From Sphaerochaeta sp. (GTDB lineage: Bacteria > Spirochaetota > Spirochaetia > Sphaerochaetales > Sphaerochaetaceae): DNA of 64,000 nucleotides. The stretch is from the NCBI GenBank assembly GCA_004294855.1, contig SHOI01000001.1, positions 6,111 to 70,110 on the forward strand. The letters run 5' to 3'. Shown here piece after piece: positions 10,267 to 20,144 of this stretch. How positions within the stretch are numbered: position 1 is the first letter of the stretch; the number at the start of each line of letters is the position of its first letter. The notes beneath the pieces were generated by a model. That model ran no database searches. It was not told the origin of the DNA and was given only the letters and a program-made list of their open reading frames with translations. A program made the translations under genes and the position numbers.

Positions 10267-11532
10267 ATGAGAAGCGTCAGGGTGTACCGCTACCGGTGGG
10301 TAATGTTAATCAGCCTTATCAATCTTGTTCTCGCCGGAAGCCTGCAGTGGCTCAACTTCGCTCCTGTGGGGCGGATCGTGAACGCCTATTACCGCGACCA
10401 GATCCATCTCCGGTTCTTTAACCCGATCGATCTCCTCTCCCTTACCTATTTGATCGTCTACGTCCTCTTCTCAATCCCCTCCGGCTGGATCATCCGCAAG
10501 CTCGGCATGCGGGTCACCTATTGGATCGCATCCGGTCTGATCATCTTCGGATCGATGACCAAGACCCTGTACCTCTCCTCCTTCAAGACCGTTCTGTTCG
10601 GCCAGATCCTCCTCGGTCTCGCCCAGACGTTCACCCTTACCAGCATTACCGAGACGACGAGCCGCTGGTTCCCGATCCGGGAGCGGGGAGTGGCGGTAGG
10701 AATCATTCAGGCGAGCCAGTACCTCTCTCTTGCCCTCGTCATGATCCTTTCCCCCCTCTTCGTCGTTCGCTCCCAAAAGGGGATCGAGCAGCTTATGAGG
10801 CTATGGGCGATCATTTCAATCCTCCTTGCCGCCGTCAGTGCCGCCCTCGTTCGGGAGCGGCCGCCATCCCCGTCATCCACATTCGAGCGTGAAGAAGAGA
10901 TGAAGTTCAGCCAAGCTCTGACCTCCGCGTTCAGCCGCCGCTCGCTCAGAATCCTCATCATGGAGTTTGCTACATCCTGGGCGGTTCTGATGACGGTTTT
11001 CATCAAGATCGATGAAATCAGTGAATTTCTGGGGTTCGCCAATTCCAACGGAATTCTGGCGATTACGATGCTCATCTTCGGAATGGTTTCGGCGGTCGTC
11101 ATTCCCGCCTTGAGCGACCGCTTCCGAAAACGGAAAGTGTTTTATACGTTCTGCGCCCTCACCGCTGTTCCCGGCAGTTTTCTGCTCCTCAGCGGCAACA
11201 TCACGGTCGCCCTGATTGGAGCGGCGATTCTTGGCAGCGGGCTCTTGGCCTCGATTCCGATCGGCAGCCAATACGCCACCGAGCTCGGGCACGGAATCAA
11301 CGAAAAAGTCATCCAAGCGCTTCTCCAGTTTTTCAGCCAGCTCGCCACCGTCGTCATCCTCTTCGTCACGACGATCATCAAGGAGCGGTATCAACTGGTC
11401 TTGCCGGCCATTCTTGCGACGATCCTGCTGGGTACCCTGATCGCGACGTTTTTCATCAAGGAGAGCGAGGTGATCGTCACCGAAGATGAGCGCCTCAAGG
11501 CGCTCATCGAGCTGGAAAACGTTCAGCATTGA
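10267..11532 (+). CDS. MFS transporter
   Basis: About 12 TM segments, RWFPIRERG, LSDRFRKRK; start uncertain (10255, 10258 or 10267). Confidence 0.88.
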   Translation: MRSVRVYRYRWVMLISLINLVLAGSLQWLNFAPVGRIVNAYYRDQIHLRFFNPIDLLSLTYLIVYVLFSIPSGWIIRKLGMRVTYWIASGLIIFGSMTKTLYLSSFKTVLFGQILLGLAQTFTLTSITETTSRWFPIRERGVAVGIIQASQYLSLALVMILSPLFVVRSQKGIEQLMRLWAIISILLAAVSAALVRERPPSPSSTFEREEEMKFSQALTSAFSRRSLRILIMEFATSWAVLMTVFIKIDEISEFLGFANSNGILAITMLIFGMVSAVVIPALSDRFRKRKVFYTFCALTAVPGSFLLLSGNITVALIGAAILGSGLLASIPIGSQYATELGHGINEKVIQALLQFFSQLATVVILFVTTIIKERYQLVLPAILATILLGTLIATFFIKESEVIVTEDERLKALIELENVQH

Positions 11533-11533
11533 G

Positions 11534-12106
11534 CTACGGTTTCTGTGGAAGGAGTCGGTCGTTCCACCGATCCTTTGCATACACATGGTCCAAAGGCAGG
11601 CGCACCCGCGGGCTGCGTTCACTTTTGAGATGGTGCTCCCTGAGCTCGGAATCATCTCCGGGGTATCCGATGATCAACAGGGTCAGAAGCATTTCCGAAG
11701 CGGGGATCTTCAAAGCCTCTTTTACCGCATCAGCGTTGAAGCCGGCGATCGGGTGGATATGCAACCCTTCGGATACCGCTTGTGCCTGATAGGCCATCGC
11801 GGCCATTCCCGCCTCAAAGGGGGCAAATACCCGATCCCCGATGACAAGCGACCAGTCGTTGTTGGTTACGACGGCGGTAATCGCCGGGGCTTTTTGAGCC
11901 CAATAATTACCCGGGGTGAGGGTGTTCTTCACTTCTGCAAGAACGGCAGGGTCGGTGGCGGTGATAAAACGCCATGGTTGGCTGTTGTTTGCCGAGGGAG
12001 CGGTGATCGCCGCTTCGACGAGGCGGGTAAGAACTTCTTCATCAATAGGTTTTGAATCGAGGGCGCGATAGGCGCGTCGATTTTGAAATATTGATAGTAC
12101 AGGCAT
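11534..12106 (-). CDS. Nitroreductase family protein
   Basis: RRAYR, APSANNSQPWRF, HPIAGF, IGYPG...R. Confidence 0.92.
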   Translation of the reverse strand: MPVLSIFQNRRAYRALDSKPIDEEVLTRLVEAAITAPSANNSQPWRFITATDPAVLAEVKNTLTPGNYWAQKAPAITAVVTNNDWSLVIGDRVFAPFEAGMAAMAYQAQAVSEGLHIHPIAGFNADAVKEALKIPASEMLLTLLIIGYPGDDSELREHHLKSERSPRVRLPLDHVYAKDRWNDRLLPQKP

Positions 12107-12165
12107 AATTCCTCCGTAATGAAATGAATATACTCAAGACTGAACGAATCGTCTGTATACAGAGA

Positions 12166-12189
12166 CAGGGTCCGGAATTCCGGACCCTG
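12166..12189 (-). terminator. GC-rich hairpin downstream of rubredoxin
   Basis: Perfect palindrome CAGGGTCCGGAATTCCGGACCCTG. Confidence 0.6.
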
Positions 12190-12209
12190 CTATGTGCATC
12201 TTGAATTGC

Positions 12210-12371
12210 TTAATCGAGTGGCGAGAAGTCGGACTTCGGCGCGCCACAGAGGGGGCAGACCCAGTCCTCCGGAATATCAGCAAAAGCAGTTCCTGCCGCT
12301 ACACCATTATCAGGATCGCCAACGGCCGGGTCATAAATATACCCGCAAAGATTACATTCATATTGTTGCAT
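12210..12371 (-). CDS. Rubredoxin (53 aa, not in the ORF track)
   Basis: Hand translation [53 protein letters not shown]; GGAGG RBS. Confidence 0.97.
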   Translation of the reverse strand: MQQYECNLCGYIYDPAVGDPDNGVAAGTAFADIPEDWVCPLCGAPKSDFSPLD

Positions 12372-12430
12372 CTCATTTCCTCCTGCACCCTAGCATACCG
12401 ATAAAGTATGTTTCCCGCAAGAAAATTCGT

Positions 12431-13396
12431 CTATCGATAGATTGCCAGCACATCCTCAAGGCGTTTCATGAAACGCCGCCGATAGTGTTCGGGCCCCAGG
12501 ATCTCCACCGCATCTCCGCATTGGATGATCCGCAAGGTGAGCTCGATCGAGTTTTCGACGTCCATGTTGCAAATCCACGAACCGTCTTTGAGTTTTTCCA
12601 ATTGAGGCTTTCCGTGAACCAACTGCCTGAATGCGTTCATCGCCGATCGTTCCTTCAGCTTGAGGCTGAGGGGAATCATGTCGATCGCATCAAAGGTCTC
12701 GGGAGCATCGGGAAATTTGAAGGGTTTGAGGTTGTCGGGGATCGTGTAAGTTTCATCCAGAATCGTGGCGCTGGTGATCGTGGAGATATCGACGGTTACG
12801 ATCTCGGTTGTGTGTCTCAGTCGTCCGGTTACGGTAATCGGGTGACGTGTTCCATCGGTCTCCCTGAAGCCGATGAAATAGGGGGCAAGCTCGGTTTCAA
12901 TCGAATCAAATCCTTTGAGTGATTGAACGATCCGGACGATCCGCCCGCTGACCCAGGAATCGATGAGGACCTCTAAGATCGCATTGAACGCACTGCTCTC
13001 TTTCTGGGCGATCAATTGCTTGTCGATCTGCTCGGCGAGCGAAACGATGTTTTCACTGATCTTTGGAGCATAGGAACGCATGTTCATCGCGATTTTTCTG
13101 AGCCCTGAAGCAAGATGGGGGTTTTGGAACTCGCTGGTATTCAGGAGCATCTCCGCCGAGAGGTTGATCGCAAGGCTCTCATAGACGGATAGGGCGTGTA
13201 CCTCTTCGCCTTCCTTCGCCCGAATTTTCAACAGGCTGTTTTCTTCATAGAGGTCGATGTACTCGCCGAGCTTGTCGATGTAGCGGCTGATTGTTGAGCG
13301 GTGGACTCCAAGTCTGCGGGCGATTTCAGCCCGGCGGAGTCCTTCGGGATGGGAATGGAGCAGTAATTCTATCTGCGCAACACGCTCACCCTTCAT
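12431..13396 (-). CDS. HTH-WYL-WCX transcriptional regulator
   Basis: HTH 'LRRAEIARRLGVHRSTISRY', WYL-like 'APYFI' region, C-terminal 'GDAVEILGPEHYR'. Confidence 0.82.
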   Translation of the reverse strand: MKGERVAQIELLLHSHPEGLRRAEIARRLGVHRSTISRYIDKLGEYIDLYEENSLLKIRAKEGEEVHALSVYESLAINLSAEMLLNTSEFQNPHLASGLRKIAMNMRSYAPKISENIVSLAEQIDKQLIAQKESSAFNAILEVLIDSWVSGRIVRIVQSLKGFDSIETELAPYFIGFRETDGTRHPITVTGRLRHTTEIVTVDISTITSATILDETYTIPDNLKPFKFPDAPETFDAIDMIPLSLKLKERSAMNAFRQLVHGKPQLEKLKDGSWICNMDVENSIELTLRIIQCGDAVEILGPEHYRRRFMKRLEDVLAIYR

Positions 13397-13565
13397 AACA
13401 CCCCCTTTGCATCAAAATGCAACAAAACTTGAGATAGTTTACCACAGGATTGGAAAACGGTAAACAGAATGCAACATAATGTTGTTTGAGGAGAAGATGC
13501 TTGCGTTACCGTTGGAGTGTAGTATCGTGAAAGAAGCACCATCAATGATGATAAGGAGTGGGTAG

Positions 13566-14741
13566 GTGAAGGTTTCAGCAATCGGGTGTTGTTTGATCGA
13601 TTACCTCTTTCATGAAGAAAGCTACTCAAAATCGGTGTTCAACGAGTATCGGAGCGTTTCCCCCGGCGACGGAGGACTGCTCGTCGGCGGTCTGGTGTTC
13701 GGTGAACAGCTTGCCGAGTTTGCCCGCTTGCCGTTCGATGCGTTGCTGCGACACCTGATTCCTCACCCGGAAAAAGGAATTGAAAACATCGGCGGACCTG
13801 CGGCCGTCTCTCTTATTCATGCCGCCCAGCTCTTGCATGACTCGCCGCATTCGTTCCACTTCCATGGCGTCGCCGGTGATGATGTCGAATACCGATTGAT
13901 CCGGGAGCATATCGCAAAGACAGTGATTGATCCCCGTTTCCTCATCCTTGAGGGGGAGCGCACCCCGACGACCTATGTGCTGAATGATCGGCATGCTCAC
14001 GGGGGAAAGGGGGAGCGTACCTTCGTGAATCTGCTCGGTTCGGCCGCCCATGTCATTGAGGCGGATGTGGGCGATGATGCGTATCAAAGCGACATCGTCC
14101 TCTTTGGCGGAACCGCCCTGTGGCCGGCGTTCCACACCCGGATCGATCAAGCCCTCCGCCGAGCCAAAGCGGAGGGGGCATTGACGATCGTCGGCGCGGT
14201 GTTTGATTTCATGAACGAACATCGCTCATCAAGCGAGAAATGGCCGTTCGGACAGGAAAGCGGGTATCCGTTTGTCGATCTGTTGGTGTGCGACGCCTTG
14301 GAAGCCCGCCGGATGAGCGGACAACGCGACGCGGAGAACGCCGCAGCCTTTTTTGACGAGGCGGGAGTGGGTGCCGGAATCATCACCCAGGGAGCAAAGG
14401 ATATCATCGCCTGGTCAAAAGAGGAGAGTGTTTTCGGCCACACTCCTTTGACGCGCTTCCCGGTTTGTGGCTATATCGATGAACTGTTGGAAAAAGATCC
14501 TTCGCTTCGCAAAGACACCACCGGCTGCGGCGATAATTTCCTCGGAGGAGTACTCGCCTCGATCGTCTCCCACGGAGCGAAAAAATGCAGCATGGTCGAT
14601 GCGGTCACCCTTGGCGGCGCTTCGGGGGGATTCGCCCTGACCCATCACGGGGGAATGTTCCATGAAGCCTATCCGGGTGAAAAACGAAGCGTGCTTGAAC
14701 CGGTGCTCAAGGCCTATAGCGAGCAGCTCGGTATGATATAA
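13566..14741 (+). CDS. PfkB family carbohydrate kinase
   Basis: GGPAAV, ERTF, TQGAK, DTTGCGDNF. Confidence 0.88.
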   Translation: MKVSAIGCCLIDYLFHEESYSKSVFNEYRSVSPGDGGLLVGGLVFGEQLAEFARLPFDALLRHLIPHPEKGIENIGGPAAVSLIHAAQLLHDSPHSFHFHGVAGDDVEYRLIREHIAKTVIDPRFLILEGERTPTTYVLNDRHAHGGKGERTFVNLLGSAAHVIEADVGDDAYQSDIVLFGGTALWPAFHTRIDQALRRAKAEGALTIVGAVFDFMNEHRSSSEKWPFGQESGYPFVDLLVCDALEARRMSGQRDAENAAAFFDEAGVGAGIITQGAKDIIAWSKEESVFGHTPLTRFPVCGYIDELLEKDPSLRKDTTGCGDNFLGGVLASIVSHGAKKCSMVDAVTLGGASGGFALTHHGGMFHEAYPGEKRSVLEPVLKAYSEQLGMI

Positions 14742-14748
14742 TCATCTT

Positions 14749-14943
14749 ATGGATGATCGTTTAATCAATGTGGAAATGCAGCTCACGTTTGCCCAGGAGA
14801 AGCTTGAGACCCTCAATGGGGTCGTCACGGAACAGGGGATGGAATTGCAGCGGCTGAAAACCCTTGTCGAGAAGCTGGAACGCCGGATCGTGGATCTCGT
14901 GGAAGGAAGTGAAGGCGGCCTACAAAAGCCGCCTCACTATTAA
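14749..14943 (+). CDS. slyX: SlyX family protein
   Basis: Short coiled coil, 'EMQLTF...LNGVV', C-terminal KPPHY. Confidence 0.9.
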   Translation: MDDRLINVEMQLTFAQEKLETLNGVVTEQGMELQRLKTLVEKLERRIVDLVEGSEGGLQKPPHY

Positions 14944-16613
14944 TTCAATCGAGCGCGTTCACTCATCACCGTGGTGTAGGAGTGAAGCCCTCCAGTGAGG
15001 TTGTACACCTTCGTAAAGCCGTTTCCCCGTAGAATCCGTTCTGCCAGATATCCCCGCACCCCCATCACGCACGTGGTGATGATCGGCTTGTCCTTCGGAA
15101 CTTCGGCGATTCGTTTCCTTAAAGCGGTGTGTGGAATGTTGATCGAGCCGGGCAGCATTCCTCCCGTCATCGTTTCCATTTCGCTTCGAGCGTCGAGGAT
15201 TACCGCCCCCTGTTCGATGAGATCGTCGACTTCTCTCCAGCTGATCGGGTTGGAGATCCCTTCAAGGGCGTTCATCCCGATGAAGCCGACCATGTTGATC
15301 GGGTCCTTGGCGCTGGAGAAGGGAGGAGCGTAGGCGTGTTCGAACTCGGCGAGATCATACACCGTTCCATCCATTCCGATGAACGAGCTGATAACGTCGA
15401 TCCGCTTGTCAACGCCCTCGTAGCCGATCGCCTGAGCACCCCAGATCTTCCCGGTGGTCGGATGGAACAGAATCTTCAAGCTTAAGGAGAGACTGCCGGG
15501 GTAATAGTCGGCGTGACTGGAGGTATGGGTAACAGCGCTCTTGTAGGGGAGCTTCAAAGCGATGAGGGTCTTTTCGGCGAGGCCCGTCGAAGCGACGGTG
15601 AGATCGAAGACCTTGGCGATCGATGTGCCGATCGTTCCCCTGTAGGGTTTCCTGTTCCCATCGATGAGGGCATCGGCAAGCAGGCGGGCCTGCTTGTTCG
15701 CAGGGCCGGCCAGCGGCACGGTAATCGAATGGTCGGTCAAGGGACAGGCGAAGCAGATCGCGTCTCCCAGCGCCCGAATATAGGGGTCGTTAGTGGTGAA
15801 GTATTCATCCACCACGATTGCTCCTGTTGAAGAAAGGGTGATTCCGCTTTCTTTCAGGAAGGCCGTATCCGGGCGGACTCCGATGGAGAGGATCACCAGA
15901 TCGGTTTCCAGCACCTTTCCGCTTTCCAATTCGACAGTCACCGCCTCGCCGTTCTTGCTGAAGCCTTTGACCGGATCCTTGAGATGGAGGGTGACTCCTT
16001 TTTTTCTCATATGTTGTTGAACCTGGGCGGCAAAATCATAGTCGATGACGCCCATCACCTGTTCCAATGCTTCGACAAGGGAGACTTCCAAACCCCGGTG
16101 TTTGAGGTTCTCCGCCATCTCGAGGCCGATGAACCCCCCACCGATTACCACCGCCCGCTTTGTTTCGCTGCGGTCGACCGCCGTTTTGATCCGATCGATA
16201 TCGCTGACCGAACGCAAGGTCATGATCGAAGGATGGTCAATGCCGGGAATCCGCGGGCGGATCGGGGTCGCTCCCGGGGAGAGGATCAGATGGTCATACG
16301 CTTGCGTGTAGGTGGTGTCATCCTTGACGTTCCGAACCGTGATCGTCTTCTGAACTCTATCGACGCTCACGACTTCGCTGTTCACCCGTGCTTCGACGTT
16401 GAGCACCCGTTTGAAGAGTTCGGGGGTCATCACGAAGAGGGATGACCGGTTCTCGATGACACCTCCCACATAGTAGGGCAGGCCGCAGTTCGCAAAGCTG
16501 ATGTGTTCTCCCCGTTCAAAGATGATGATCTGTGCGTTCTCGTCTCGCCGTCTGAGGCGAGCGGCGACCCCGGCTCCGCCGGCGACTCCGCCGACAATCA
16601 AATATGTTGCCAT
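14940..16613 (-). CDS. CoA-disulfide reductase with rhodanese domain
   Basis: GGVAGG, SFANCGLPY, GGGFIGLE, GVDKRID, YAPPFSS, C-terminal CVMGVRG. Confidence 0.93.
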   Translation of the reverse strand: MATYLIVGGVAGGAGVAARLRRRDENAQIIIFERGEHISFANCGLPYYVGGVIENRSSLFVMTPELFKRVLNVEARVNSEVVSVDRVQKTITVRNVKDDTTYTQAYDHLILSPGATPIRPRIPGIDHPSIMTLRSVSDIDRIKTAVDRSETKRAVVIGGGFIGLEMAENLKHRGLEVSLVEALEQVMGVIDYDFAAQVQQHMRKKGVTLHLKDPVKGFSKNGEAVTVELESGKVLETDLVILSIGVRPDTAFLKESGITLSSTGAIVVDEYFTTNDPYIRALGDAICFACPLTDHSITVPLAGPANKQARLLADALIDGNRKPYRGTIGTSIAKVFDLTVASTGLAEKTLIALKLPYKSAVTHTSSHADYYPGSLSLSLKILFHPTTGKIWGAQAIGYEGVDKRIDVISSFIGMDGTVYDLAEFEHAYAPPFSSAKDPINMVGFIGMNALEGISNPISWREVDDLIEQGAVILDARSEMETMTGGMLPGSINIPHTALRKRIAEVPKDKPIITTCVMGVRGYLAERILRGNGFTKVYNLTGGLHSYTTVMSERARLN

Positions 16614-16963
16614 GATTCCTCCTGAGTAAATGCCAGTTCGTCGGGGAGCCGGAGTTCACAGCACTTATAGGTACGAACAAGCTCTTCTCCCGTTTCCGTC
16701 AAACTTATTATCAAACTTCTTCGATCCGTGATCGAGAGGGTCCGCTGGACCAACGATCGCCCTTCCAGACTGTCGATCACGCGAGTGAGGCGTGAAGGCG
16801 AAAGATCCAATTCTTTCGCCAACGCCGAAGGTTCGACGATTCCTTTCTCCACAGCACAGAGAAGGAGAGCGTCATTGAAAGAAAGGCCGGTTTGATCTTT
16901 CAACTGTTCTTCAAAGGAGCGCAGGGCGCTTTGAAGGCGGCGTATAGCACATAGATTGAACAT
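16598..16963 (-). CDS. MarR family regulator
   Basis: LSPSRLTRVIDSLE, DRRS, LTETG; overlaps the CoADR start. Confidence 0.88.
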   Translation of the reverse strand: MFNLCAIRRLQSALRSFEEQLKDQTGLSFNDALLLCAVEKGIVEPSALAKELDLSPSRLTRVIDSLEGRSLVQRTLSITDRRSLIISLTETGEELVRTYKCCELRLPDELAFTQEESWQHI

Positions 16964-17426
16964 CTCAACCTCCGAATAGTTTCATTTTTAAATAATTGCT
17001 TTAGACAACTATAATGATACCGACACCCCTTAGTCAATAAGATATAATATAACCTTATAGGTAAATTATATTTGTAAAATGTTGAATATTCTCATTAATC
17101 CTGCTGATAATCTTATATCCACTATAAGGATAGGCGTTTTTCTCTTGACTATTATTTCGTAATCCTTCATGCTGGTCCCAGGTTGTTCTAGATACTGTGG
17201 CAAAGCAGTGTCGGGAAGAAGCCACTGAGTTGCTTCCTTGTTGTACTTCTAGATCTACACCGGATGGAACACAATATGTAGGACACCAAGGCGTGTTGCT
17301 TTTTGCGTTTGCAATCACACCAAATATGGTCGATGGTTATTCCCAGCTATCGGCCATTTCTTTATGTAAGCGGTTACATTATCAAAGCAGATGTATTTGT
17401 AGATCAATTCCCAGTATAGTACAGGT

Positions 17427-18038
17427 ATGAAAACAATTCTTTGTTACGGCGATTCCAACACCCGTGGATCGAACCCCGGCGGGGGACGATGGGAGTATGA
17501 CAAGCGATGGCCGGGAATCCTGTCTTCCCTGTTGGGGGATGGGTATTATGTCATCGAAGAGGGACTTGGCGGACGGACAACCGTCTTCGACGATCCGTTC
17601 GAGAAAGGAAGAAACGGTAAAACCTATCTTCCCGTTGTGCTGGCAAGCCATCAGCCGATTGATCTTCTCATTATTTCCCTTGGTACGAATGATACGAAGC
17701 GATTTTTTGGCAGCAATGAACGGATTATCACCCGTGGAATCGAAGCATTGGCGGATGTTGCCAAGACCTTTGATGTCAAACAGATCATGGTGATCTCGCC
17801 GATCCATGTCGGAGAGAGGATCGAAGAGACGATCTTCGCCGGCTTCTCCAGGGAATCGGTGGAAATAAGCTATAAGTTGAGTGAACGGGTGAAAGCAATG
17901 GCCGAACGAAAAGACCTCATCTTCTTCGATGCCGCGACGGTAGCCACCCCCAGTGAGATCGACCAGCTCCACATGGACGCGGAAAGCCACCGAAGCCTGG
18001 CAGAGGCGTTGAAAGAGGTGATCATTCAACACCTGTAA
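17427..18038 (+). CDS. SGNH/GDSL hydrolase (arylesterase-like)
   Basis: GDSNT, EEGLGGRTT, LGTND, DQLH. Confidence 0.93.
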   Translation: MKTILCYGDSNTRGSNPGGGRWEYDKRWPGILSSLLGDGYYVIEEGLGGRTTVFDDPFEKGRNGKTYLPVVLASHQPIDLLIISLGTNDTKRFFGSNERIITRGIEALADVAKTFDVKQIMVISPIHVGERIEETIFAGFSRESVEISYKLSERVKAMAERKDLIFFDAATVATPSEIDQLHMDAESHRSLAEALKEVIIQHL

Positions 18039-18058
18039 ACCGGCTCATCGGTTTCGGT

Positions 18059-20107
18059 TCACTCCTGCAGAGCTTCGGGAAACTCGCCCCTGATCCGGTC
18101 GAAAAAGGACAGCGTCAGAATTGTCACCCAGGCGATGTCGATCTCGTAGTGGCCGTTCATCAGCTCCGGGCGATTGAAGTACTCCCAGTTCGTGTGGTTG
18201 ATCTGCTCCGGCTGCCAGCCGAAGAAGGACTCGTCCCGGCCGAGGTTGTTCTCTTTGCCGTGAACCAGCTGCTTGCACGCTGCGATCATCAAGGATGCCT
18301 GCTTTGCATAGAAGGGAAGGTTGGCGGCGGTGGCAAAGCGCAGGAACTCGTAGGCGATTGCCATTCCGTAACAATCCAGGTGGTGATGGGCGACGGAGAC
18401 GCTCGTCATCCCCAGAGTGGAAAACCCCTTCCTGCCCAGGGGACTCTCCCCGGGAAGGTAGGAGGATTGCTGCCAGATCCATTGGATGATGAACTCGGCT
18501 GCAAGGTGGGCGCTCTTAAGATGCCGTTTGTCTCCTTCCAAGTGGTATAAATCCATAAAGAAGGAGAGGAGGGCCACCCCCGCCTCCTTGTCGCAGGAAT
18601 CGGCATCCAGCGTGTCGCCGTAGAACGCGCCTTCATCGGCGAGCCTTGCATAGAACATATATGCTTTATGAACCGCATCGATAAGGACCTTCTTAAGCGG
18701 ATCGCTTTCCTCAAGCATCGGGATAAGGGCACAAAGAAACGATCCGATATACGCTCCGTTGGTTCCTTGGATATCTTTCGGTTTTCCCTCCGGGGTCCAC
18801 CAGCGGCCGAAGGAGCCGGAGGAAAGCTGGATATCGGAATAGAAAAGGGAGACTCTTCGGGCAAGGTCGATATACGGTGAAACATCATAGCCGAGCTGCC
18901 GGAGCTCCTTTGCAAGCCGGAGGTAGTGTTTCATCGCTTCTCCGTTGCACCGGCTGTTCACCATTTCGGCGAACTCGGGGAACTCCCCGATCCCGAGGTA
19001 TCCTCCCCATTGGCCCGTCCGAAGGTCATGGTTGTCCTGGAACACCCCTTCCCGGCGTTCCGCCTTGAGGAAGAAATCTCCGATCTTCTTCGCCACGGTC
19101 GCCAGCAGGCGGGAATCGTCGACCAAGCTGAAACGCTTGGCCAAAGATTGTCGTGCCGCTTGCAGGCAATCGAGGGTGGGTTCATGTTCGGTGAACCGGG
19201 CAAGCTCGCAGGCGCCTTGGATGCTTTTCACCAGAAAGGAGGCGCCGGTGAACTCATACACATCCTGAACCTCCCCGTTGCCCTCGCCCATGATGATATA
19301 CGCCAGATTATTTTCGCTTCTTCTTACGAGGTTGATCAGGCGGGTGAGCTTCAGCTCCATCCAATGGTTCCAGGAAAGCGGATGGGGAAGATCGGTCGGT
19401 TTCGCTTTTGGAAGGGAAGCGACGAAAGCGACATACGCCTCCATGCCGCGCATCCCGCGGTAGGTCGCCAAATGAAAGGTTCGCCGATAGATCAGGCCGC
19501 CGGAAGGAACCATCAAAGCGGGTCGGGGCATTGATGTGGTATCGATGAGAGCTTTCTTGCCTTGATAGCTGTACGGTCCCTCCCATCCCGGAATGGAGAT
19601 GATCGCCCCATGAGGATCATTGGTCACCGAGGCGACGAAGCGCTCCTCAGCCGCCGCTTCGGTGGCGCAGAGAAAATGGCGCTTTCCCCCTGAGAGCTGG
19701 AGACAACAGGGAATCGACATCCTTGTTTCCAGAAATGACCAGATGGTGGAGTGATCGATCGACGGGAACAGTCCGCTTCCCTTGGTGTTGTCCCGATACC
19801 AGACGGCGGGGATGAAGAGGTCGTTTGGCACTCCTTCATCGGTGGTGAAAAACCCCGCCTGAAGCCGATATGATCCCTCTTTCACGAGAATCCACGTCCG
19901 GTCGACCGTTACGCCTTTCCGGCCGGGAGCCAAGCGATCCTCGATCGTCCCGATCCCCTCGAATGACACAAACACCATGTCATCTTCAATCTCAAGGGCG
20001 ATCGGGTGTTGGCGTTTATCCTCGTAGGTGAGGGTATAGGTGATCGTGACGATATGCAGAGGATTGAGAATTTCAACGGAGTTTTGAGACGTTTTGCGTA
20101 TCTTCAC
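18059..20107 (-). CDS. Hypothetical protein, probably six-hairpin glycosidase-like
   Basis: 682-aa ORF with host-like codon usage; beta-rich N-terminus, helical C-terminus with DKEAG, SVAHHHLD, PEQINHTNW. Confidence 0.6.
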   Translation of the reverse strand: MKIRKTSQNSVEILNPLHIVTITYTLTYEDKRQHPIALEIEDDMVFVSFEGIGTIEDRLAPGRKGVTVDRTWILVKEGSYRLQAGFFTTDEGVPNDLFIPAVWYRDNTKGSGLFPSIDHSTIWSFLETRMSIPCCLQLSGGKRHFLCATEAAAEERFVASVTNDPHGAIISIPGWEGPYSYQGKKALIDTTSMPRPALMVPSGGLIYRRTFHLATYRGMRGMEAYVAFVASLPKAKPTDLPHPLSWNHWMELKLTRLINLVRRSENNLAYIIMGEGNGEVQDVYEFTGASFLVKSIQGACELARFTEHEPTLDCLQAARQSLAKRFSLVDDSRLLATVAKKIGDFFLKAERREGVFQDNHDLRTGQWGGYLGIGEFPEFAEMVNSRCNGEAMKHYLRLAKELRQLGYDVSPYIDLARRVSLFYSDIQLSSGSFGRWWTPEGKPKDIQGTNGAYIGSFLCALIPMLEESDPLKKVLIDAVHKAYMFYARLADEGAFYGDTLDADSCDKEAGVALLSFFMDLYHLEGDKRHLKSAHLAAEFIIQWIWQQSSYLPGESPLGRKGFSTLGMTSVSVAHHHLDCYGMAIAYEFLRFATAANLPFYAKQASLMIAACKQLVHGKENNLGRDESFFGWQPEQINHTNWEYFNRPELMNGHYEIDIAWVTILTLSFFDRIRGEFPEALQE

Positions 20108-20144
20108 TGCAGCAACCCTTGATTCCGCCGGTGGCTTTAGAGAA

